Origin: a virus
Lineage: Duplodnaviria; Caudoviricetes
IMG/VR virus record: IMGVR_UViG_3300010005_000039
Location: 1-37,487 of that record
Length of the DNA: 37,487 nucleotides
Strand: one strand, 5' to 3'
The position numbers and the translations under genes are program-made. Below the pieces are notes generated by a model that saw only the letters and a program-made list of their open reading frames with translations, made no database searches and was not told where the DNA came from. The stretch's first letter is position 1. Each line of letters begins with the position of its first letter. Below are positions 19,022 to 27,617 of the stretch, one piece after another.

Positions 19022-19606
19022 TCATCCGAAGATGCCAGGGGCGATCCGGCCGATCTCGTGCATGACCCGAGGCGGCAGTTCGCGGTTGGCAACATCGAGG
19101 AACGCCTGCGCCGTCGCACCCGTGACCATCTCGGCCGGGATGATGACGCCGCTGTCCACCATCTCCAGAGGACCACGACCCGAACCGGTTCGTCGGTAGA
19201 CGTGGCCATTGAGCCCCTTCGCGGTCTTGCGGTTGGGGAAACGTCCGCCCTTCATGAAGGCGCCGGCATATAGCTGGCGTTGGCCACGCGGCGCAGCCGT
19301 CACGCCCTTCCTGGTTTCGCGTGCTGCGAAGAACTTCAGCGAGATATCGCCGCCACGCGTGGTCATGACATATTCGAGCGATGAGAAGTTCGCCCTTCGC
19401 GTCTTGACGGCCTTGCGGATCACCTTCTGCTTGAGGCCCGTCTGTCCCGCGAGTTCGCGGATGACGACGGTGCGCGCCTTGTCGCCCGTGTGATTGATCG
19501 CCCGGCGCAGTGCCGTGTATTTCTCGTCGCTCGACAGCCGGCCCATGGCGTTCTGCACGCGTTGCAGGCCGGAAATGTCCTGCCAGCGAAGGCGCAGCAT
19601 GCTCAT
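19022..19606 (-). CDS. Minor tail / tail completion protein (lambda gpZ-like)
   Basis: Basic 194 aa protein; ALRRAIN.TG.KART and AF...G...GHVY.R motifs. Confidence 0.75.
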   Translation of the reverse strand: MSMLRLRWQDISGLQRVQNAMGRLSSDEKYTALRRAINHTGDKARTVVIRELAGQTGLKQKVIRKAVKTRRANFSSLEYVMTTRGGDISLKFFAARETRKGVTAAPRGQRQLYAGAFMKGGRFPNRKTAKGLNGHVYRRTGSGRGPLEMVDSGVIIPAEMVTGATAQAFLDVANRELPPRVMHEIGRIAPGIFG

Positions 19607-19661
19607 GACGATGTCCCCGACATGCTAAATCCACCAACGACCGATCCCATACCCTATACGC

Positions 19662-19687
19662 AAGAAAGGCGACCCTCGCGGGCCGCC
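19662..19687 (-). terminator. Intrinsic terminator upstream of the morphogenesis genes
   Basis: Minus strand GGCGGCCC-GCGA-GGGTCGCC followed by TTTCTT. Confidence 0.8.
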
Positions 19688-19717
19688 CTTCAAGTCATGC
19701 TGGAGAATGTCAAAACA

Positions 19718-19969
19718 TCAGGTCGCGAGCGAGAGCCCGTGGGTCCGCCAGCTCTCGCGATATTCAGGCTTGAGATGACCCTGCAGGAAGGACATCGGCG
19801 ACGGCAGATCGAGCCGGGCGATGAAGGCCATCGGCTTCGACATGACTTCGCGGAAGACCTGCACGACCGGCTCGACAGCCAGGCGCACGACATGGAAGAC
19901 GGTATCGACGGCAGAGATGCAGAACGCGGTGAGGAAAGCCAACACCGACAGGGTTCGGAAGATGCGCAT
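19718..19969 (-). CDS. Small hypothetical protein with hydrophobic N-terminus
   Basis: 83 aa, AAAGG RBS, bracketed by two terminators. Confidence 0.65.
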   Translation of the reverse strand: MRIFRTLSVLAFLTAFCISAVDTVFHVVRLAVEPVVQVFREVMSKPMAFIARLDLPSPMSFLQGHLKPEYRESWRTHGLSLAT

Positions 19970-20021
19970 GGGATAACCTTTCTCAGGAGTAGCCGATTGA
20001 TCAGCTCAAGTGCCTACACCT

Positions 20022-20059
20022 AAGAACGACGAAAGCCGGCCACGGCGGACCGGCTTTCG
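20022..20059 (-). terminator. Terminator-like hairpin immediately after the tRNA
   Basis: CGAAAGCCGG-N10-CCGGCTTTCG inverted repeat (20030-20059) with TTTCGTCGTTCTT tail on the minus strand. Confidence 0.7.
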
Positions 20060-20063
20060 AGAA

Positions 20064-20140
<77 letters not shown>

Positions 20141-20149
20141 TTGAGAACT

Positions 20150-20305
20150 GGAAGACATAGCTTGCGCATTTGCCCTGAATCGGTCGCCTCAGATGAGGCT
20201 TGAATAGGGCTGGTGTCCGACCGGTGTACCTTCCCCGAACTTCTCAGCTCCGCGTGCTACCGCGTTCTCAGGGGCTCACTATCAGGATCATCGGACGATC
20301 CGTGC
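20150..20305 (-). promoter_or_regulatory. Structured late leader with ops-like element CGCGGTAGCACG (20264-20253)
   Basis: Hairpin GGATCG..TGATCC and nested stems GCCCT..GCCTC-ATCT-GAGGC..AGGGC; 9/12 match to E. coli ops GGCGGTAGCGTG. Confidence 0.55.
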
Positions 20306-20307
20306 CA

Positions 20308-20340
20308 TGATGACTCTCACACTTTTTCGACCTGCGCAAT
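20308..20340 (-). promoter_or_regulatory. Candidate late promoter overlapping the end of the nusG paralogue
   Basis: TTGCGC then 17-18 nt then (G)AGTCAT; same position as lambda pR'; weak -10 overlapping a GANTC site. Confidence 0.3.
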
Positions 20341-20988
20341 GGCCAATTCCACAGGCGTCATGCGTCCAAAAATATTCACCTCTACGTTGATTCTTCCTTC
20401 CAGAGAGACGCGGCTGACATCGATCACGATTGCGTCGAACGAAGCGAATGGACCCTCGCAGACCCGAACGGTCTGTCCGACGATATAGTGGCATTCGACA
20501 GGGCGATGATCATACTCGCCCTCGGCAGCCAAGCTTATGAAATGCTCGATCTTTTTCGCGGGAACCCTGTAGGGAATTTCGCCCCGCCCGATGATCCCCG
20601 TCACGCGGTCGATCGAGCGAAGCCCCACGAATGCGGTCGCTGAAGGTACGCAACGCACCAGCATGTAGCCGGGTATCACAGGTAGTATTGGTGCTTCGAG
20701 CATGCGGCCACGATGGAGCTTCTTTTCCCCCGTGCAGCGCGGCACGCAGGCGATGATTCCCGATGCCTTCAAATCCTTTTCCACAGCGAACTCCGCCCGG
20801 TGACGAACCGAAAGGCAAAACCACGCCGCCATATCGGGATAATCGTCCACGATTCGCTTGCTGGCAGCGTCGATATTGCGGATCCGAATCGATCTGTCTC
20901 GCTGCGCCCGCGCGATCGCGGCCGACTGCCGGTCATCGAGAACCAGTCCATGGACCACGTCCAGATCTCCCTTAGGCTGCATCAGCAT
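20317..20988 (-). CDS. Phage NusG-family transcription antiterminator (NGN + KOW)
   Basis: WFCLSV...E..V...L, PVIPGYMLV, VTGIIG and VGQTVRVCEGPFASF...VNIFGRMTPVEL; start 20988 or 20982. Confidence 0.93.
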   Translation of the reverse strand: MLMQPKGDLDVVHGLVLDDRQSAAIARAQRDRSIRIRNIDAASKRIVDDYPDMAAWFCLSVRHRAEFAVEKDLKASGIIACVPRCTGEKKLHRGRMLEAPILPVIPGYMLVRCVPSATAFVGLRSIDRVTGIIGRGEIPYRVPAKKIEHFISLAAEGEYDHRPVECHYIVGQTVRVCEGPFASFDAIVIDVSRVSLEGRINVEVNIFGRMTPVELAIAQVEKV

Positions 20989-22222
20989 GTCCTTTGCACC
21001 TTTCCGCAAATGTCCACCAAGCCGCCGCCACAGCTTTGTCCAAGTCGTCCGCTCCTGCCTCGATCGGCGGCAGATAGGCATATTTCGGTTCGTCTGGCCG
21101 GCCAGGAAGCACCGGCAGAAAGGGCATCCGCATCCGCCTGAAAAGCCTCTTCCAAGCTTCCCCGACTGGACCTCCGAGTTCCACCGACGTGAAGTCTGCC
21201 CCCAACGCCACGATGTTGGCCGACACGCGGATCTTGTCGCGCTCGCTGACATCGATGGTCCGGCGATCAAGCTCCACCAGCCTCGGCCAGCTGTACGCCG
21301 CACGCCGTTTGGTGATCTCCGCGTCTGCCACCGGGCCGCCTTCGTCGATCATCCGCTGGATCATGAACGGCGCGGTCGGATGGCCGCGTTCGGGCTGGTT
21401 GAGGATCCAGAACCGATAAGCCATTCCAGCCTTGCCGAAGGGCGCAACCTGCTCTGGCGCTGCATTTGCCTTCGGGGCTTCGGCCACTTCGAGGAACAGT
21501 TTTGAGCGGAAGTAGGTCGAGGGCGCCGGGAAATGCGATTTCTTCTGCGCCTTCAGCAGCGCCAGCCAGCCAGGAAAGCGACGCGTCGCCAAATCCCGCT
21601 CTTCGTCTGTCAGCGCCATCCAGGCCGGTAGAGCGGCTTCCTTCGGCATGCCAGCGAAGTTCGGCCAGTCCTTTACCAGCGCCCAGAAAGCCCGCTCGAT
21701 CGCTTTTCGGTCTTGTGCCGGTTCGGCAGGTTCGACGGAATTGGCATCATGCCCATTCTCGCACTCGCTCGTGCCCTCTCTCGAATCTGATGGTTCTAGT
21801 GGTGGTTCTATGGAGGTTTGGGTGACACCCTGTCGCCCTTTTGTGTCGCCAGTGTCACCCTTAGCGTCGTCAGTGTCACCCTTGGATTCGCCCAAGGGTG
21901 ACACTGTGTCACCCTTATCCGGGCCCCACATGGCGAGTGGAAGCGCCTCGAGGATGCGCATGTTGAAGTCATAGCGCGTGGTGCTGCCAGGTCCGCGGCC
22001 TCCCTCGGACACGATCTTCAGGATACCTTCGTCAACAAAGCCGGCCAGCGTCCGCTGCACCGTCCTCGTCGAGGTGTTGCACTGGGCTGCGACGCGCTCG
22101 ACGCTCGGCCATATGCCGCGTCCCTCATCATCCGCATGGTCGGCCAGGCGAGCGGCGATCACCTTACGGGTGAGCGTCCCGAAATCGCGCTTCCAGACGA
22201 CTGTTGAACATTCGTTGCTCAC
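20972..22222 (-). CDS. Phage replication initiator (N-terminal winged HTH, lambda O-like layout)
   Basis: LADHADDEG..IWPSVERVA..C..S.RTVQR.L; internal iterons; C-terminal FW...WP and P..TY motifs; GTG 22222 overlaps the upstream stop. Confidence 0.85.
   Translation of the reverse strand: MSNECSTVVWKRDFGTLTRKVIAARLADHADDEGRGIWPSVERVAAQCNTSTRTVQRTLAGFVDEGILKIVSEGGRGPGSTTRYDFNMRILEALPLAMWGPDKGDTVSPLGESKGDTDDAKGDTGDTKGRQGVTQTSIEPPLEPSDSREGTSECENGHDANSVEPAEPAQDRKAIERAFWALVKDWPNFAGMPKEAALPAWMALTDEERDLATRRFPGWLALLKAQKKSHFPAPSTYFRSKLFLEVAEAPKANAAPEQVAPFGKAGMAYRFWILNQPERGHPTAPFMIQRMIDEGGPVADAEITKRRAAYSWPRLVELDRRTIDVSERDKIRVSANIVALGADFTSVELGGPVGEAWKRLFRRMRMPFLPVLPGRPDEPKYAYLPPIEAGADDLDKAVAAAWWTFAERCKGHADAA
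21791..21916. repeat. Iteron cluster, probable replication origin
   Basis: AGTGTCACCCTT at 21851 and 21872; perfect inverted repeat AAGGGTGACAC-T-GTGTCACCCTT at 21894-21916; degenerate pair at 21820-21838; TGGTTCTA twice at 21791 and 21803. Confidence 0.8.
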
Positions 22223-24300
22223 TCCGCCGCCTCCCGCATCCGCACCAGGTGCCCGCAATTGGCCGCAACATGGGCAGCCGCCCAAGGCGGGCTGACGGAA
22301 TTTCCGACGCAGCTGACCTGCACCGACTTCGAAAATACCCGTCCGTCTGCGCCGCGCTCGATCTCGTAGTCGGGCGGAAATCCTTGTGCGTTGTAAAGTT
22401 CGCGCGGCGTCAGCATCCGCATGCCGATGTCAACGATAACGAAGGTGTGCCCCTCGACCGTCAACGTCACGAATTCCCGCTCATCCCAAAACCCGTACGA
22501 CCTGAGGAAATCAGAGACCTGCCGGGCGCGCGCCTCCATATCTTTCGTGAAAGGCGGGGCATTGAGGAACGCCTCCACATGGCTGAAGCGTGGCTTTGTC
22601 GTCAGCGTGTGGAATGGCTCGTCTTCCGGCGTATCCTGATCGACGCCATAGTAAGCGTGCAGATGGGGCGCCACGAGCGACGACTTGTTCACACCGGCAG
22701 TCACCGTCGCTGAGGGCTCGTCAATGCGGTGACCCACGGAGTTTCCGAACTGGCGTGACACGAAGGCAGAGACGACGCCCTGCTGAGCACCCGTCGCGGT
22801 CACCGTCGACAAGGGATCATCCATGGGCCTGCCGGGGTTTACGCCGCCCACGCGCCTGCTGTCGTTGTTGTGCTGCGCTACAAAGGCCGCCGCCACCTGG
22901 TTCTGGTCTTTTCCGCTGGCGGTGATCGTATGGTGGGGATCCTCGACACTGCGGTTCGCGCCGCCCTGCTGTGCATAGGTCAGCACGGGCGCAACGACAG
23001 CCGAGTGGCCGCCGCCGGCCAAAACGGTCGGGTGCGGCGAATTTGCGGCGCTGGCCCGACGTTCGCTGCCTTTCAGGCTCATCAGGCTGGGCGCGATCAT
23101 CGCATGCCGGTTTTCGGTGGTCACCACGCGCAAAGGCTCGTCGATATCGGCGGACCGATCCTTCCCACCATGGCCTGGCCCATAGAAAGCCGAGAGGCTC
23201 GGCGCGATAACGCCCAGCGGCGCCGCCCCGCCCGGGCGCTTGATGAAGCTGTTGGCGGTAATGGTCGGCATCGGCTTGTCCAAATCGGACCCCGTAGCGC
23301 CGGAATTGAAACGGGTTATGGACGGCGATATCACCGCCTTCTCGCCACGATTGGCACAAGTCACAGTGTTGAGCGGCTCGTCGACGCTCTCCAGCCTTGC
23401 CCCATGCGTGAGATTGACAAGAAACGGCCGTTCCGAATCCAGCACGTATCGCTTTATGCCGCGCGCAATCCGCGCCATCGTGTTGTTGGCCAACGGGCGA
23501 ACCGACTGCAGGCCGTGGTTGGATTTGATCTCTGCTCGTGTGTCGAAGATTGACGGGCACGGCAGCGACCAATCGATGCATTCCGCAGCCGTCCGCCATG
23601 GACGCAATTGCCCGGCCTTCACCTTCATGTCCACCGGAGCCGCATGGCTGATCTCCGGCCATACGATCGGCTGTCCGTCGAACCGGATGATGACGCACAG
23701 CCGCCGGCGGATCGTCGGTGCGCCATAAGAATAGGCCCGGCTTTCCCGCATCTCGATCTTTCCGCCGAGGCGCTTAATGGACTTCATCCACTTCGCGAAT
23801 GTTTCACCACGGCGCTCGGGGCACGGCATGAGGCCACGCGGCGTCTCGATCACCGGTCCCCAGTCTTTCCATTCCTCGACGTTTTCCATGATCACGACGT
23901 CGACCCGGCCGCCCGACTTCTGGATCCGATCGATCCAGTTCGGAATGATCCAGGCGAGGTCGCGGCTGTTGCGCCGTACCGGCGTCCCGCCCTTCGCCTT
24001 CGAAAAATCGGTGCAATCGGGGCTAAACCACGCGAGCCCAACATGCTTGCCGCGCAGATGGTCGAGCGGATCGACCTTATAGACATTTTCCGAGATATGC
24101 AGCGTGTCGGGATGGTTGGCGGCATGCAGCGCCAGAGCCGCAGGATTGTGATTGATGGCGATGTCGGGCGAGCGGCCGAGCGCCATCTCGATTCCCGTCG
24201 ATGCCCCGCCGCCACCGGCAAAGCTGTCGAATATGATCGGCTCGCCAGTATAGGCGGCTGTCGCGGCCAGATGGCCGTCGAGAAGGGTTTTCGCATACAT
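22219..24300 (-). CDS. DNA (cytosine-5) methyltransferase with expanded variable region
   Basis: Motif I FAGGGG, motif IV SPDC, motif VI ENV, motif VIII PTIRRR, motifs IX-X RMLTPRE..AQGFP..GNSV. Confidence 0.95.
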   Translation of the reverse strand: MYAKTLLDGHLAATAAYTGEPIIFDSFAGGGGASTGIEMALGRSPDIAINHNPAALALHAANHPDTLHISENVYKVDPLDHLRGKHVGLAWFSPDCTDFSKAKGGTPVRRNSRDLAWIIPNWIDRIQKSGGRVDVVIMENVEEWKDWGPVIETPRGLMPCPERRGETFAKWMKSIKRLGGKIEMRESRAYSYGAPTIRRRLCVIIRFDGQPIVWPEISHAAPVDMKVKAGQLRPWRTAAECIDWSLPCPSIFDTRAEIKSNHGLQSVRPLANNTMARIARGIKRYVLDSERPFLVNLTHGARLESVDEPLNTVTCANRGEKAVISPSITRFNSGATGSDLDKPMPTITANSFIKRPGGAAPLGVIAPSLSAFYGPGHGGKDRSADIDEPLRVVTTENRHAMIAPSLMSLKGSERRASAANSPHPTVLAGGGHSAVVAPVLTYAQQGGANRSVEDPHHTITASGKDQNQVAAAFVAQHNNDSRRVGGVNPGRPMDDPLSTVTATGAQQGVVSAFVSRQFGNSVGHRIDEPSATVTAGVNKSSLVAPHLHAYYGVDQDTPEDEPFHTLTTKPRFSHVEAFLNAPPFTKDMEARARQVSDFLRSYGFWDEREFVTLTVEGHTFVIVDIGMRMLTPRELYNAQGFPPDYEIERGADGRVFSKSVQVSCVGNSVSPPWAAAHVAANCGHLVRMREAAE

Positions 24301-24593
24301 CAGCCCACACCCCCGTCACGTTCCTTCGCCGCCGCCCGCATCATCCGCCGCGCCTTCTTGAGCCCCTTGCGCACGCTCTGCGTCAGGCTCCCGTCCGATG
24401 TCCGCACCGCCTGCAGGCTGGCATGGCGCGCATCGAGATAGACGACGGCCTCGAAAAACGCCGCCAGTTCCAGCGCCTTGCGAATGGACGCGACCGAACC
24501 GACCACATGCCAGTCAGGGCAGCGGATCAGCCAGTCGGCGCGATCGGCATGCGAAGGCAGCCCGGCAATTTCCTCGACAATGGGAAGGGTCAT
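24300..24593 (-). CDS. Hypothetical protein
   Basis: 97 aa, translationally coupled at both ends. Confidence 0.75.
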   Translation of the reverse strand: MTLPIVEEIAGLPSHADRADWLIRCPDWHVVGSVASIRKALELAAFFEAVVYLDARHASLQAVRTSDGSLTQSVRKGLKKARRMMRAAAKERDGGVG

Positions 24594-25309
24594 ATCGCCA
24601 GGGCCTCCTGCCGGGCGACCTGCGCCCGCTCGATTGCAATCGCCGGATCAGCCTCAGCGAACACCCGCGCACGAATCTGGCGGCACACGGCCTGGCAGAT
24701 CTCGCGCCCCGTCATCATCCACACCATGTCGGCGATCATGTCGGGCCGGGTGCGGCGCGAACCGCCGTCGATCCGATGCCGCGCACATTCGTAGCGAAGC
24801 TCTTCGGCCCACAGCATGTCCAGCATCGCCGCGGCGCGCGGCTGGTCGGCCGGGCGGCCCCGCACGCTGTCCCAATGGGTGGAGAACACCCAAGAAGGCT
24901 CGCGCCCGAACTCGCCTTTTTCCGGCCGGGGATAGCGCCAAACCTTGTGACCCCAGAAGCGCTGTTTGACGAACAGGGGGTGGTTGAGCGTCAGTTCGCG
25001 CGGCAAGTCGTCTCGGATATGCGCATTGATTTCGGGATGCGCGACGAAGTGCTTTTCATGGGCCGCAACCACAACATGATGGCAGCATGCGTTGAAGGCG
25101 GGCCACTGCTCGGCGAGCCGATCGAGCTTGTCTTTTCGGCTCTTGATCTCGACCGCCACAATTAATTCCGGCGCCACTGCGGCGACATCGATCCGGTTAG
25201 AACCGGTGCCGCACACATTCAATTCGTGCACGATACGCGCCGAAGGCACCAGTTCCCGCAATCTGGCCGCCACGGCATCACGAATTTCGCGCTCGTCGGA
25301 GGACGTCAT
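24590..25309 (-). CDS. PD-(D/E)XK nuclease-fold protein (MmcB-like)
   Basis: E..IR...HEL....RIDVAAV.....VEIKS.KD.L.RL..Q pattern. Confidence 0.65.
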   Translation of the reverse strand: MTSSDEREIRDAVAARLRELVPSARIVHELNVCGTGSNRIDVAAVAPELIVAVEIKSRKDKLDRLAEQWPAFNACCHHVVVAAHEKHFVAHPEINAHIRDDLPRELTLNHPLFVKQRFWGHKVWRYPRPEKGEFGREPSWVFSTHWDSVRGRPADQPRAAAMLDMLWAEELRYECARHRIDGGSRRTRPDMIADMVWMMTGREICQAVCRQIRARVFAEADPAIAIERAQVARQEALAI

Positions 25310-27003
25310 GCCGCCACCACCTTCCGCCGGCCATCGGCCTTGATCTTCTCAAGCGGCAACACGCGCTCTGCCGTCATGCGGTCGATCAGATCGGTCGCAT
25401 CGTTCCATCCGATGCCGAGGCGCCGCTGCAGCATCGAGGTGCTCGGCTTGCGCGTCTCCCGCACCAGCTCGACGGCCCGCCCATAGAGCGCGTCAGATGC
25501 GTCCGCCGCATCGGTCGTGGTGTCCGCTTGCACCGCCGCGCCGGCAGCCTCGACGGCCTCGACAACCGCCAGCCCGACCAACGCCCCGGCACAGGCCTTC
25601 AGCGCTAGCCATCCGGCATCGTTGATTTTCCACGCCACCCCGTCATCTGTCTCGATCAGCTGCGCGCAGTTCAGCGCGACGATCAAAGCCTCAGCCGTCG
25701 AGGGGCGCACGCCGATCCCGCGCCGCAGCGACACGTCGTCGAACGTCTCCTGCTCGGCAATCCACATCAGCGCCCGGACGCGATCGTCCTCAACGCGTTC
25801 CTCGATCGTCTTGCGCGGCGTCACGCGCTCGAAATCCTCTTCCGCATCGGGGAAGTCGATATCGTCCGGATCGACGAAGGTCCGCTCGCCCGGCGCCAGC
25901 GCTGGCACAGCGGCAAAATCCTTCCAGTCGACGCGGATGGTTTCCCAGCGGCCCTTGCCGCGACCATAAGAGCCGTCTTCGTTCCGCTCCCACACGAACC
26001 AGCCGGTATTCATCTGGCTGGTCGATTTTGGCCCTTCCCAGCCGTCGCGATGCATCATCGGCAGGCGGTGCGCGAAGACATAGACGCGCGACGGCGGGTT
26101 TTCCTGCATGACGAAGACGCGATCGTCATCCTCGAAACCGCACATGAAATTGAGATTCAGAAGCGCCGCCATCTTGGCCGGCTGATGCACGCGCAGCGCA
26201 TGCGCCAGGCACTTGTTCGCCAGGTCGCCATAGGGCGGATTGGTGATGATATCCATGCCGCAAGTCTCGTCCGGGCGAGAGTCGAGAAAGTCACCCACGC
26301 CCTGCAATTCGCCATGCTGCGACGCGACGCCCCGGTCGCGCAGGTCCGAGATCACGCCCTCGTAGCCCGCCGCTTCCATCACGCGCAGAATCGCTCCGCG
26401 TCCGACAAAGGGCTCTTTGAACGTCTCGGAAAAGCTCTCGAGCGCGATCAGCGTACGCGTCGCCTCGATGGGTGTCTCATACAGCTGGTCGCCCTTCCCC
26501 GCATTCGAGGCGCTGCGCGTCCCGATCGCGTGGCGAATGCTGGTCCGGTTCGGGTCGAGCCCTTCGGAAAGCCGGGCCTCGACGACACGCTCGACAAAGT
26601 CCGGCTCTGCCCGCACGGCATCGCGCAGCTTGCGCGCCTCGCTCAAGCGCTGGCTGGAAATCCCAACATCGTCGAGCGTAAAACTCCCCCCGCCGGGGGC
26701 ATTTACAGGCCGCCCCGGTCCGGCCAGTTCGCCCTTCGCCTTGGCGCTATCCACGGCATCGGCCATGGCGACATAGCACATGCTCTCGATCTTCAGCGCG
26801 TCTGCCTGCATCCGCCGCGCCTTGTCGACCAGCTCGCGCGACGCCTTCACCTTCTCGGCCGAATCCCCCGCCGCCTTGGCCTGGTCATAGGCAACGCCGG
26901 ACAGCTTGAGCGCGAGCGCAAAATCGCCCTCGTCGAACAAGGCGCGCGCATGCTCGATCGTCGCGACGAGTTCGGACTGCTGGACAGGTGCGAGAGCGTT
27001 CAT
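25306..27003 (-). CDS. DNA amino-methyltransferase (NPPY) fused to a C-terminal FtsK-gamma winged helix
   Basis: D.Y.TP, EPFVGRGAI (SAM binding), IITNPPY, WFVW; C-terminus DALYGRAVELVRETRKPSTSMLQRRLGIGWNDATDLIDRM. Confidence 0.85.
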   Translation of the reverse strand: MNALAPVQQSELVATIEHARALFDEGDFALALKLSGVAYDQAKAAGDSAEKVKASRELVDKARRMQADALKIESMCYVAMADAVDSAKAKGELAGPGRPVNAPGGGSFTLDDVGISSQRLSEARKLRDAVRAEPDFVERVVEARLSEGLDPNRTSIRHAIGTRSASNAGKGDQLYETPIEATRTLIALESFSETFKEPFVGRGAILRVMEAAGYEGVISDLRDRGVASQHGELQGVGDFLDSRPDETCGMDIITNPPYGDLANKCLAHALRVHQPAKMAALLNLNFMCGFEDDDRVFVMQENPPSRVYVFAHRLPMMHRDGWEGPKSTSQMNTGWFVWERNEDGSYGRGKGRWETIRVDWKDFAAVPALAPGERTFVDPDDIDFPDAEEDFERVTPRKTIEERVEDDRVRALMWIAEQETFDDVSLRRGIGVRPSTAEALIVALNCAQLIETDDGVAWKINDAGWLALKACAGALVGLAVVEAVEAAGAAVQADTTTDAADASDALYGRAVELVRETRKPSTSMLQRRLGIGWNDATDLIDRMTAERVLPLEKIKADGRRKVVAA

Positions 27004-27617
27004 GCCGCCGCCCTCCGCACCGCCTCAAGCCACAAATCGACAGGGACATCAGCGCCGCATTCAGCGATCAATCGCCGGGTGCCGTCCTCGCCACGATCCG
27101 CGATTTCATCTGCCAGCCGCTCGATCACGTCCTCGTCGCGGTCATGGGCGATGATGTCGCCGATGGTCAGGCATTCCTCGCAGACCGCCTCGCCATCGAT
27201 GTTTCGGGCACCATCGCCGCCATAGCACTCGCAGTCGCAGCGCGCGCAGCAATGCCCCATATTGGCGTCGATCCAGTCGCCCGACTTCACGCCCTCGGGC
27301 CCGAGATCGTCCCAGATCTCGATGCGCGCGACCCTTTCGGAGAGATTATCCGAGAAGTCGTCCGGATCGTTCCCGGTCAGGCTGAGCCACTGGCGCCAAG
27401 CCGACAGTTCACTGTCCGCTGCAATGCATCGCCAATCGAATGACTCGGCTCCGCTGCCGACGGCCCACATCGTCCAGCCAGACACCGACGGCCCCGTCGC
27501 CATGTCGACGCCGATGACAGTCACGTCCGCCGACGCCGGCAATACCGGCAACAGCGGCGCCGCAGCGACGGAAGCCGCGCCAGACAGGAAAACTCGTCTC
27601 GAAACCGCCAGCGTCAT
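27000..27617 (-). CDS. Hypothetical protein with twin-arginine-like N-terminus and Cys-rich C-terminal motif
   Basis: MTLAVSRRVFLSGAASVAAAPLL; HCCARCDCEC...VCEEC; ATG 27617 overlaps the upstream stop. Confidence 0.75.
   Translation of the reverse strand: MTLAVSRRVFLSGAASVAAAPLLPVLPASADVTVIGVDMATGPSVSGWTMWAVGSGAESFDWRCIAADSELSAWRQWLSLTGNDPDDFSDNLSERVARIEIWDDLGPEGVKSGDWIDANMGHCCARCDCECYGGDGARNIDGEAVCEECLTIGDIIAHDRDEDVIERLADEIADRGEDGTRRLIAECGADVPVDLWLEAVRRAAA

Noticed and set aside
20989-21303. N-terminal extensions in the ORF track (nusG, and likewise gpI, terL, gcrA, 27618-27773, 34684-35355)
   Set aside because: They overlap upstream genes; downstream starts with RBSs or stop/start overlaps fit better
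21791-21916. Short repeats as a possible CRISPR array
   Set aside because: 12-bp units, partly inverted, inside a CDS, with no spacers or cas genes; they fit iterons
22219-25309. Classical type II restriction-modification pair
   Set aside because: The nuclease-fold protein resembles MmcB-like phage proteins and the genes lie in the repressed lytic early operon; no positive evidence for restriction
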